Shown here piece by piece: positions 50,201 through 60,819 of a DNA stretch of 64,000 bases (positions are counted from its first letter, which is position 1; every line of letters begins with the position of its first letter). The DNA lies in NCBI GenBank assembly GCA_964187785.1, contig OZ076421.1, positions 54,002,001-54,066,000 on the forward strand, in the 5' to 3' direction. The position numbers and the translations under genes were made by a program. Source of the stretch: Amphiscolops sp. MND2022. Its lineage: Eukaryota. Under the pieces are notes generated by a model. The model searched no databases. It was not told the origin of the DNA and was given only the letters and a program-made list of their open reading frames with translations.

Positions 50201-50896
50201 TCATCCCAGTCCTAATTGTCTTCTTCCGAAAAACCTGTTTTGCGCAATAAATTGTCAAAACAGTCGCTAACAAAAATTTCGTCTAGTGTGCCCGCTTGTC
50301 TGTGAAGATTCTCGAATTTGCTATTGTATCGTGCTTTGAATCATCTAGGAAACTCCTACTTGGCGCAAAGTTTTTAATTTCAAACGAAAGGAGAATAATA
50401 TTTGCCTGTTGTGGAATAAAGTCACCCGTAAATAATTTTTTTTCTGGGTCTCATTGGAACAAATCAACTCTAAAGCGATTTATCAACATATTGATATGCG
50501 CTCTGTTTAAATCTTTTCTCCCGTATCTCATTCTTCAGATAAATTAGCTGATGAGATGTAATAATTTCTACTTTATTCTTGAGAATGGTAGAAACAGTTG
50601 GCAAATTGTGCTTCTTAACAATCATTGCCATATTTCCTTGTTGTGCTTATCGTTTTCGTAATCCTCGATAATAGCGAACTATTGGTGATTTTGGCTAATC
50701 AAGTGCGTTTTTCATCATTCGGCATTGCGCCTGACAATGGAATTTCAGCGATTCAATAGAAACGAGGTGTATGAAGCGTGTTAATGTAACTTGAAAAAGC
50801 ATGTGAAGTACGTGGTGTTTTTTGTTACCAATGAATTTTATTCACCAACAGTGTATTGACCAATCAAGTCACGTTTCATCAACGCGCGATACTTGC
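32207..50896 (-). repeat. Tandem array of 18 units of ~1007-1022 bp (unit 15 is 962 bp, unit 17 is 1486 bp)
   Basis: Junction motif ...GATG-CTTGC-AAAG at 33214, 34224, 35235, 36249, 37266, 38283, 39298, 40320, 41332, 42347, 43362, 44377, 45393, 46408, 47370, 48389 and 49875. Confidence 0.96.
48679..49370 (-). pseudogene. pogo/Tigger DDE_1 transposase catalytic segment, present only in unit 17
   Basis: TVLVGVSMAGE...IG..KTPRAFK..VKYYSQTKAWVD..VF, then LLFLNNFSAHP...NVKWLFLPSNVTSTCRHMDMDIIKCLK. This matches the pogo pattern DNAPAHP / FLPPNTTS..QPMDQGII. Stops and frameshifts present. Confidence 0.88.
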
Positions 50897-51285
50897 GCAA
50901 CAAACGGCAATGCGCGTCACGCGTGACGCAAGACGCAATTACGTCGTAACAACAGTTGCTTTGTAATTTCACAGTAAATTTCAGACAAAGTATAAGACAA
51001 CAAAAGTTGAGACAAGCATGTTCTGTAGATCTAGCGAAAGTTTTCATTTCTCTTCGAAGAGCTTGAAAACTTGAAGTTTTCGAAGAGCATATAGCTTCGC
51101 CTAAAATCTGGAAAAACATTGTGGTCTATTTTATAGAATTCAGAACTTCTGTGCAACTAAGCATAATTTTTTAAGAGTCGATAGGTAACATGGAACATCA
51201 GCGATGCGATGTTTGCCGATGTAAAAATTGCAAAAAGTTATCTAGAGACGAAATTCTGATGTTTTTTTGAAACAAACTCTGATGC

Positions 51286-51536
51286 GTCACAGTCCGCTCC
51301 TGGACTGGCTTGCTCATATCGACGAATACAATTCGGAAGGGGACACTGATGCCTAATGAAAGCTAAGTACTGTTGGAATTATTCAGTTCAAACAAAACTA
51401 AACAAACTGAAGTCAATTCAACAAGTTAACTTGGGAATATCTCCTAAATCTAATTTTGAAACAATAAGGTGAAAGAACTAAAACTATCAGGTCTAAAAAA
51501 CGTCATTGTAGACGGACTGCTGAACTTTTGAACAAG
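51286..51536 (+). repeat. ~250-bp direct repeat copy 1 (probable retroelement ORF end plus spacer)
   Basis: Highly similar to 53033-53280; encodes HSPLLDWLAHIDEYNSEGDTDA*. Confidence 0.75.
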
Positions 51537-53032
51537 GTAGAAGAAAGAAAAGCTGAGAAGATAAACCCCCGATAGAAATACAGATAGACAACACATAAAA
51601 ACACTAACTCGAAAGTAGTGGATCCACTGCAGTCGACTACACTTCAGACGCTATGTGACTTCCGAGGCCCACCACTTGTCATCTTGACAGCGTTACCACC
51701 AAAGAAATCGCGATCATCAGCAACTACAAAAGACAACATGAAACAAGGGCTCAATGATTCAATCAAGCACATAATATACCACCAACTATCAAAACGCTTT
51801 CGAAGAACTTCCACAGATGCAGACGTTGACCTCGACGTCCCCCGTGTCAGCGGCGAAGGAGTACCCATACCAGCTAGAGCTTGCTAAGTTCTATCACTAC
51901 TGCTAATGTCATCCCCAGAAACACTTTCTTCATCTGATTTCGACGACAGCAGTTCGGCTAAATCTGAGAAAATCAACGCCACAATTCAGAACATACACAC
52001 GCAATAAAAAAAAGCTGTTTTAGTAAAATACTAACAACTAGCAAGCTGGACATCAAGTTTTACTAACCAGGACATGCAGGAACAACAGGTGCCTCAACCT
52101 CATTGGCCATAATGTCAGTTTCTGTTAGGCCATATTGAGTCTCCTCTCCACTAGCCATATTGCGCGACGTAAAAGATGCGAGATTGTTCCTCATTCATCA
52201 AACAACCGATCTAGAAAAGACAACATTAAGATCACGTTTTCGTCAAAGAGAAAAGTCAAACCAATAGGCGGTTGAAAAGTCAACACCTGCTTAGAAATTT
52301 AAATAGCCAATCAGAGTGAAGGGAAATCCATAAACCAAAGAAATCAATACTGACGATAAAATCAATACTCGAAAGTCAAAATAAAATGCAGTTAGTTGAA
52401 ACAAAATATAACCCCGCCATGGAATTCATCGAATTAATCGACTTTGTCTCGTCTTGCAAGACTGGGAAAGAAACAGAAGGTGAACCCTCTCAACTGTCAA
52501 AGACAAATGGAACTAGAAGAAGAGAAATATGCAACTCTTCAATCTCCTCACTAGACGTTAGAGTTAGCGGAGACCCTGAATTGGATTCATCCATGGAGAT
52601 AGTGTCATAGAACTGCAAAAGAATGAAACTCAACAGTAAAGAGAACAGCTTCTTTTGACTATTATCAAATAAAGAATTTCCCCCGTCTAACCCAGCAAGC
52701 CCGTCAAGTAAACCAGGATTCGTAGTTCAAGGGCAAGATTCGACGTCTTCAGACAATTACGAAGAAGAAGAGAGTGTTAGAAACACAAGACTTACTCGAA
52801 AGAAACCAAGAAAATTCAAGCTCTACAGGGTTCTTTATCACTCCTACGGGACCATTAGGTCAAACAGTGTTAAAAGAAAACAACTCACTTAACGATTTGA
52901 CTTACCCGAGACAGGTTGATTCTTCACGAAACCAACAAAAAACAAAGAGTGGAATCTCCCAACAAAACTGGTAGTATGACTATCCAATTTGCCCAGTCAA
53001 ACTCGGCGCTTTCGACCCATGACAGTGGCCCT

Positions 53033-53280
53033 GTCACAGTCCGCTCCTCGACTGGCTTGCTCATGTCGACGAATACAATTCGGAAGAGGACCCGGATGCC
53101 TAATGAAAGCTAAGTACTGTTGGAATTATTCAATTCAAACAAAACTAAACAAACTGAAGTCAATACAAGGTAACTTGGGAATATCTCTTAAATTTACTTT
53201 CAAAACAATAGTGTGAAATAACTGAAACTATCAGGTCTAAAAAACGTCATTGTAGACGGACTGCTGAACTTTTGAACAAG
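53033..53280 (+). repeat. ~250-bp direct repeat copy 2
   Basis: Highly similar to 51286-51536; encodes HSPLLDWLAHVDEYNSEEDPDA*. Confidence 0.75.
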
Positions 53281-53758
53281 AGGAAAAGTTGATAATCAGT
53301 AAGGACGGTCCATGCAACTCCAAAATGGAGTAGCTTCGGGCATCAACTAAACACACCAAAAAGGGTTTCTTGAAACAAAATACCAATGTCATGAATGATT
53401 TATACGTATCGGTTTATTTGAACAAACAATTACATTGAAAATACTCTAAATGGAATGGAGCCTAAGCCTGCCGCTCACTCAGCCGCGTGACTGACGTCAA
53501 AAATGATCATTCAGTATATGTATCTTAAATATACCCCCCAGTCAGCTGAATAACGCAGTAGTCGCACGACTATTTATTTACACTGAATTATTACTAGTGC
53601 CGCTTACATTAATGAATGAATTATGTCACTACTACGTCGTAGTTACCTACAGGAAAGGAACGAAGCTTACGTCACGACTATGTCACGCCGTACATATAAT
53701 GAATGAAGCTGGCGTTAATATTGAATTATTGACCAGGATTGAACTAGAATATGAACAA

Positions 53759-53880
53759 ACGTCAACCTTACGTGGCACAATGACTAAACTGAAGATTCAA
53801 ATTTACATCAACGTTACGTCGCACAATGACTAAAACGAGGATTCAATTTTACGTCAACGCCACGTCAATCCTAACTAAAA
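53759..53880. repeat. ~2.5 x 46-bp tandem repeat in an ACGTCA-rich block
   Basis: Units start at 53759, 53805 and 53851. Confidence 0.75.
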
Positions 53881-54478
53881 TATAATTGTAATTAATTGAG
53901 AAAACATTCTGAAGAGTATGAAATAAGAGAACTTCCCAAGTGTTCCGTTTCGGAAGATAATTAACTATATGGCGCTTAATATTTATTAATGATTAAACAT
54001 AATTCATCTGTTGAAGTCGATATGTAATAATCATCTAATAAATGCAGTTGACATGTAGTGTTGGTTGATAAATGTTAACGATTTCTTAACGTCTTGCCCA
54101 CCATGGTCTCAGTGTAGTGCGCATGTGTATATATCTTTGTTTGTTTCGTGTTTCATAATTTTGTTGCAAATGAAAACCCATTTCATTTTTATTCTTAAAA
54201 AAACAAGATTTTCATGAAGGATTATAATTTCCCCACTTTTGAACTTTCCCTAGCATCACACAAATGGATGAGTCACCTTTGAGCTTCTCCTGTTTCGCAA
54301 ACAACTAGGTTTTCCTTTCCACTTTCCGGCAACATTTCATGATCATTTCCTTCGATTTCCATTTTTCCGCTCTTTGTGAAATCAAAGTTGGGTTATTTCG
54401 ATGAATATGAAACTAAGAAACCTCCTACTTCCGGTTCAATGACGTTTGTCACTCAAACATTTCTCCCTATTAAGGAAC

Positions 54479-54678
54479 NNNNNNNNNNNNNNNNNNNNNN
54501 NNNNNNNNNNNNNNNNNNNNNNNNNNNNNNNNNNNNNNNNNNNNNNNNNNNNNNNNNNNNNNNNNNNNNNNNNNNNNNNNNNNNNNNNNNNNNNNNNNNN
54601 NNNNNNNNNNNNNNNNNNNNNNNNNNNNNNNNNNNNNNNNNNNNNNNNNNNNNNNNNNNNNNNNNNNNNNNNNNNNNN
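54479..54678. other. Assembly gap (200 N)
   Basis: Run of N. Confidence 1.
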
Positions 54679-56412
54679 CGACTTTGTTGTCGTTATCTTC
54701 TTAATCAACTTTCTTCGCTTCAGTCAAATACTTCGTAAGAATTCGATTGTTCATTCATTAGCTTCAAATGCATTAGTTCCCATTTTGAAAAAAATGAGCG
54801 TTTTTTACAGCACAAAAATAGTCCGGGTTGTCTAGCATGTATATGTTAATGATTTTTCAAGTATATGGAATCTATTTGCCGAAAATAACTAAAAAACTTT
54901 ATGATCTTGCTATGAGCCTAATACATAATCACTGTATGGACATGGTTTTTCATAATTGGTCATTGTTGCGTTTCACACTCTCCATAAATGAAGATACTAA
55001 AACCGGGTTTAAGTTTCGCAGAAACTATCGAATAACTGTGACCTTCTGTTCTATAAGCTGAAAGCGGAGCAGGTGATCACGCCATATCCAAGTCCGAAAA
55101 ATACCCAACAACAGATAATATATAAATTCCTACACTTACAATACAGAATTTACAAAACAATTGAACTATTTAATACCTTGGCATTAACTAAATTAACTTT
55201 GGATACAGCCATATCCACGTTTCAGGGATATTGACGCTCCATCAGTAGATCCCAAAAATTGATAAAAATGGGTATATAATTTGAGAGAAGCCAAACAATT
55301 CAACAACGTCAGCGGTGATTGACTTGGTTATGGTAACAAAGTGCACAATATTTTGAAACACATGGGATTTGGGTTATAGGCTATTTTAAAATAGTGAACG
55401 CTTAAGTGTGTTTTTCTTTCGAGTTCCCTTCGTGTGGTTTTTTCAGTTACTTTCTCAGGAAATCGGTGTCTGCAGATTACATTTTGATGTATTTTGATAG
55501 GCATTGGAAAGACCCCGAAACTGTTTTTATTCTCATTCTCATTCTGTACTGTGATTTCGTTCAGTTAATTTTGGAGTGATCTTATTCCGTTTTGGTCAGT
55601 TTAATGTCCTTCCATGTTATTTATTTTGGAAAATTGGCACTTCTCTGGATTTAGTCTGCATCTTGCTATATTTATTTAGCGATATTTCCCCAAACTCTTT
55701 AGGTATTGTTTACTCTAGGGCTCCTGTGACGCTCATTGGACGCTATTGTCACGACCCGCTCCCGGTCGTGGTTGCGACTGGTGTTTTGCACGGGGGAGAG
55801 GACGTGGCTTCGGATACTGCAAGTATCATTAAACTCAAACTATTAACTTAATTCTACTTACAGTACAGCTAAATTGAATGTAGATAATTTTTCAGTCACA
55901 AAATCCGAGGTGAGCGTTACGGAATATTTTCAGAATTGCTTTTGGACTAACGAATCTTCCGGTCTAATATTTTCACGCGCAACGCTTTTTCCTAGTTCAG
56001 GTTTCACCTTCTCAATTTTCCGTACTAATCTAAAAACTGAAAAGGAAACACTTTCTTTTCTGCTCTACACTAAAGTGAAAACATTAAGAAGAAAATTTAA
56101 CTCCGAGATCCCAACGGAGTTCATACGATCTAAAACAAAAGAACATACAAGGTATAGTGGAATTGCTTTTCCAGTATTAAAGTAGTTGTCAATATTCGCT
56201 TAAAGCCTCAGTTAAGTGATTTTAAGCGAATGTTTAAACGTTATGACAACGTCACCCAACTAAGCTCGTATTGGGTGTTTCTATTTTTACGGAGCAATGG
56301 CGTTACTTCTCAGCAGAACTATTTGAGCTCACACCGATAGAATTACGCTCAACAACGGTGAAAGAAAGAGAATGAATTTCGCCTACGCTCTCCGCTTTCT
56401 CTCCGTCAGCCT

Positions 56413-56548
56413 CCGCTGCTCAGCTATAACCAATCTTAATACGTACGGAGAATCTACGGAGCGAATTGTAAAATTGTATTCCGCCGCTCAGATATAACCA
56501 ATCCTCATACGTACGGAGCATCTACGGAGCGAAGTGTAAAATCACAAT
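56413..56548. repeat. 2 x 68-bp tandem duplication, probably within an interspersed repeat (~56240-57300)
   Basis: CCGC.GCTCAG.TATAACCAATC...TACGGAG...TACGGAGCGAA.TGTAAAAT at 56413 and 56481. Confidence 0.75.
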
Positions 56549-57959
56549 TATGAAGCGTTGGTGTAAATTAATTTCAAACGAAGCATTTCCTGAATTGATG
56601 CATCTGAAGAATTTCAGAAATAAGTTTTCATGTAAGAAAAGTTTTACTGTAAAGAAGAATTAAAGACGACGTTTTCAAAATCAAGGATATTACTACAGAA
56701 TGTACTGTAAGATCAATATAAACTCAGAATCAAGTGCTATCTCTGTAGCCAAACTACTCTAATGGTTGAAGCTGGCGCTCTAAAGCTCAATTGGCATTCA
56801 TGTCGAATATTATCCTGTTCGTTTGTGCATTAAATAACTGATATTTACGAATAATATTACCCCACTCATTTGTTCTCCGAATTTTGTACTTTTGTATTCT
56901 TTTCGGTATGGCCACGTATAGGTCAAACTTGAGTTCTAGTGTGAATGTTATCGTTTAATTTATGCAATTAGTTATTGGTCATCATTATGTCTTTCTAGCA
57001 TCGTTTGCTCCTTGGTAATGTCCAAGTATTCGTATTCTCAAATTTTCTTTGCTCCGTTTCATTTCCGTCAAAGTTTTTGCGAGTCATTCTTTTGCTTCAC
57101 ATCCCAACTTCTTAAGTTGGAAATTGACTATTTGGTCACGCCGGCGCGCCTTCGCCGATGAAAATGTCAACTAGATTTTTATTTTGCCGCAATTTCGAAG
57201 AGCAAACAGGAAATAGAATTGCCTGAACATAAATGATTTCAACAAAGTTTACGGCAAAGCGACGCAACTAGGAATTTTGATACCTGATTTCATGACGCAG
57301 GACTGAAATAATTTATATCATATTATATTTATGTATGTAGTTAGGGCATGTAAAGCTTAGTCAGTTTTGTAATCAGCTTGTTACCAATTGTTCCGTTGGA
57401 GAAACGAAACTTTCTTCGAAGAATTCACTGGTTTCCAAACATCCACCGTTTGCTATCTCAAAGTAACAACTAGAAGGCAAAAGAGGAAAGCTGTAGCTGA
57501 GCTAGTCTCCGGAGTTTTTGAAGCTTTTATAACCGGAAATATTCGAAAACCCCCCAAATAGGTACGAAGAGGATTTTTTCACTGGATGCAATGAAGAACC
57601 AACCCAAGACTGGCAACGTCGTTGGAACGTAGGCCTGATCCTCAGACATTTTCCCAGACATCCAGAAGATCCAACACCACTACCTCAATGGATAACGGAG
57701 TCGCCCCACAACTATGCGACACTCAAGAGACCTCTGCCAGAATCCAAACCTGAACGCATTTATATATCGACATGGACTATAGATGCGATCCATGGGACGA
57801 ACCGACTATATACGACACGAATAAACTCTCTTTCAAAATCCAAGTCCCAAATCCTCAAGCTCAGCCCAAAGAAACAACAAACTTCCCATCACCGCCGTCA
57901 ACAATCCTGAAAAGGACAACACTGTCTCCGACAGTACCCGTCACCATAGACGTCCACAC

Positions 57960-59945
57960 CGATAGACGCAGAAAACATCATCTGCGTTGAAGACAAAACA
58001 ATTTGGACAGACTCACTAATTACGGGAAAGGACCGCGACAGATTAGAAGACACAATTGTTGAATTCAATGACATTTTTTCTCGCCACCGACTAGATATCG
58101 GGATACATACGCAATTCAAAGTTCGTTTAACCGCACAAGACGACAAACCGGTATATACACAGAGCCTACCAGTCCCAATCAATCTCAAAGAAGACCTAAC
58201 AGTAGAACTGGCCCTTATGCACAGACACGGCACATTCACGACACTCCCAATCTCCAAGTATGCCAGCCCTACCTTCGCACAACGAAAACCCAACGGCAAG
58301 CTGAGACTGCAAGGCGGATCTGCGCAAGATCAACGCACTCATCGCAGACGACTACATCAACAACAACCACCCCGTCAGCACCCTCTCAGATGCGGCGCAG
58401 CACCAAGCAGGGAAAAAGCTGTTCTGCAAGCTTGACTGCTCCCAGGCGTATCACTGCCTCCAAATGGCGGATCAAAGATCAGTAGTGTTACTTTTAATTT
58501 TGCTAGTAGTACGTTTGCCTATCGTCGCCTGGCACAAGGACTAAGTAGAGCCTATCAGGCTTTTTGAGCGTTATGCGTGAGTATCTGGACTCGATCATCA
58601 AAGCAGATCAGTGTGCACAATATGTTGACGATATTGGAAATGCCGCAAACACAACGGAACAGTTAACAAAGAACATCAGAGCAGTTTTCAAGCGCATCAG
58701 AGAAGCAGGCTTAAAACTAACCATCAAAAAATGTCACTTTGGAGTCACTCAAATTGAACTCCTGGGTGGAACCATCACCCTTGTCAGAGTAGCCCCGCAA
58801 GATCGAAAGGTCAAAAATTTTCTCTCCAAGGTCCGCTACCGCAAGTCCAAAAAACGAGTTCAAAAATATATTGGCTTCGTCAAATACTACCGCAACTACA
58901 TACCCACTGTCAGAAAAACTTATCGGTATGTACGAACGTCTCAAGGCTTATTCAAAAATCAGAATTTCAGAAGAATTTGTGGACAATTTTAAAGAAATCA
59001 ACGCTAGCCTAGCGGAAGCTTGTTGACTTACGCTCAGACAACCCATAGCAGGGAAACAGTACGTCCCAATGACGTATGCCAGCTTCCGCGCATCTGGCTA
59101 TGCCCTCATGATTGAAGAAAATGACGAACGCAAAGTGCTCTCCAAACGAAAACGTTTTGCACCCGTAGCGTTTGGATCACGTGTTTTCTCACCAGCACAG
59201 CTAAAGATGTCAATATACTGCAAGGAAAATTTGGCAATCTATCAAGCTTTCCTAGAGTACAGCCACATCCTATGGGAGACAACAATACCGACACTGGTCC
59301 TAACAGATAACCGTTCAGTGACAAGATTCTTCCACACAAAGACAACGCCGCCTGTACTATGAAATGCCTGTGACTATGTTCGCCAATTTAAATTCCGTAT
59401 CATGCACGTAGCAGGCTCCCAGAACACAGCAGCAGACTTTCTCTCGAGACTTGAACCCACGCCAAAAGAGAAAGTACAACTAAAACTACGTGACGACATC
59501 CTAACGTCACCAATCGATGTCATTTTACAATCGTCAGACGTAGCGGACGAAGAACAACTTTTCATCCTCCCGGATGAAGAAGAAGAATCTGAGCAAGAAA
59601 TATTTGCCAGGAAAGCACTTAGCAAGCAACGTGCTATAGAAGACCATGAAAAAGATTTGTCAACAAAAGTAACCGAGATTGTCAAATTACCACTCAATTC
59701 CGCAGTTTACTCGGTCGGAGCAATCAAGGAAAATGCAAGGATCAGAAACAAGCAAGATGCGGATCCTCTCCTTAAAGCATTGAAACTACGGATATTACAC
59801 AAAGAATATGACAAGCATCTCCTAAAAAATGAACCAAGAGGACGAAATCTACTTCGACACGAAGAATTATAATGAAAGATGGAGTCCTAATGCGAAAGTA
59901 CTACGGAGAAGACGGATCAGTCACGCACAACCAAGTCATAATCTT
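57960..59945 (+). pseudogene. Ty3/Gypsy pol fragment: RT, RNase H and start of integrase, frameshifted and truncated
   Basis: LEDTIVEFNDIFSRHRLDIG, SKYASP..RKPNGKLRL, KLDCSQAYH, QYVDDIG, ASFRASGYAL, AFGSRVFSPAQ, LTDNRS, HVAGSQNTAADFLSR. Confidence 0.92.
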
Positions 59946-60237
59946 ATCTATCATTATACCAGACATTGAAAGCCGTTGCACCAAAGATAGCCAAGGAGCC
60001 AAACCTATCAGCGACGAGATGCCCAACAGTCCGAAGATGGCAATGCAAATCTTCTCAAACCTGAAAGTGCTAGCTTCAAAAGATCAACAGTGCTAATGTT
60101 GGAAAAGTGCTACCAAAATGATATACAATTTTCGAGCAGTAAGATCTAAGACAAAAATTGGAAATAACGTTTCTAGAACCCACTAAGTATGAAATTTTGC
60201 ATTCTCCTCGTTTGCCAAGGACAACAAACTACGGCCC

Positions 60238-60443
60238 GGGGAGGATGTAACGTCCACCAGTCAACCTCCAAAATTCAATCGAAACGTCGAAAATGTGCGA
60301 GTCAATATGACCGACTGGCAGGTCGTTGAAATCAAAAAACGAACACACATAACGGGAAGAGGAAGAAACCCCCCAGCCCCAACCCCGAGAGAGAAGAACT
60401 GACGTCCCAACACGGAAAAAGTTAGAAAACCCAGAGTTGTGCC
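60238..60443 (+). mobile_element. Possible PPT plus start of a + strand LTR
   Basis: GGGGAGGA immediately followed by TGTAACG at 60246; partner LTR not seen. Confidence 0.35.
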
Positions 60444-60712
60444 TGTTCTATTTCTTGGTTAGATAAAAAAACAATGTGGGTTTTGTTAAAAGTACCTTTA
60501 AACACCAAAGCAAAGTCAAAGCGATCTTCTTTCTATTCTGATTGTTAACACAAATGATAAATCGTTAGAACGAAAGATTTAGCATTATGTTTACAAATAT
60601 GTATAAGCATAAACCTCATTTGTTCTACAAAAGTCTATAGAAAGATCTAAGTTTGATTGTCAACCGAAAGGATCGGTTCAGTTTTACACCATATAACATT
60701 TTCTCCCTTCTA
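60444..60712 (-). mobile_element. Probable 3' LTR (~60444-60698) and PPT (60699-60712) of the - strand Gypsy element
   Basis: - strand AGAAGGGAGAAAA|TGTTATATGG just downstream of pol; the distal end (...TAGAACA) is tentative. Confidence 0.55.
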
Positions 60713-60819
60713 GGCTTTCTTCGTTCTTTGGTTCGATGGTCCTGGAGTCGGTGTTTTCTCCCGAGTGAAATCTGCCGGCTTTGTTAATGGTTTTGAGGGC
60801 TCTTTTCGGATGTTCCATC

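Larger units (their letters stand above)
32185..50963 (-). mobile_element. pogo/Tigger-family DNA transposon internally amplified into an 18-unit tandem array
   Basis: Units encode broken CENP-B_N-like HTH (IVKKHNLPTVSTILKNK), Tc5-like HTH (VDKSL..WF; SRGFL..FKARYNINFKKLYGQAG) and a DE(T)G-region remnant. Left end TA|CAGTCTGTGTATAACG; only a degenerate right end near 50963. Confidence 0.82.

Noticed and set aside
32207-50896. rDNA, histone or tRNA gene cluster; canonical CENP-B boxes; intact HTH-only repressor ORF
   Set aside because: No RNA-gene or histone signature. No TTCG-N4-A-N2-CGGG match found by eye. The HTH region is split by frameshifts and stops in the units examined (longest ORFs ~116 aa).
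54376-54835. ORFs spanning 54.4-54.8 kb
   Set aside because: Artefacts of translation through the N gap.
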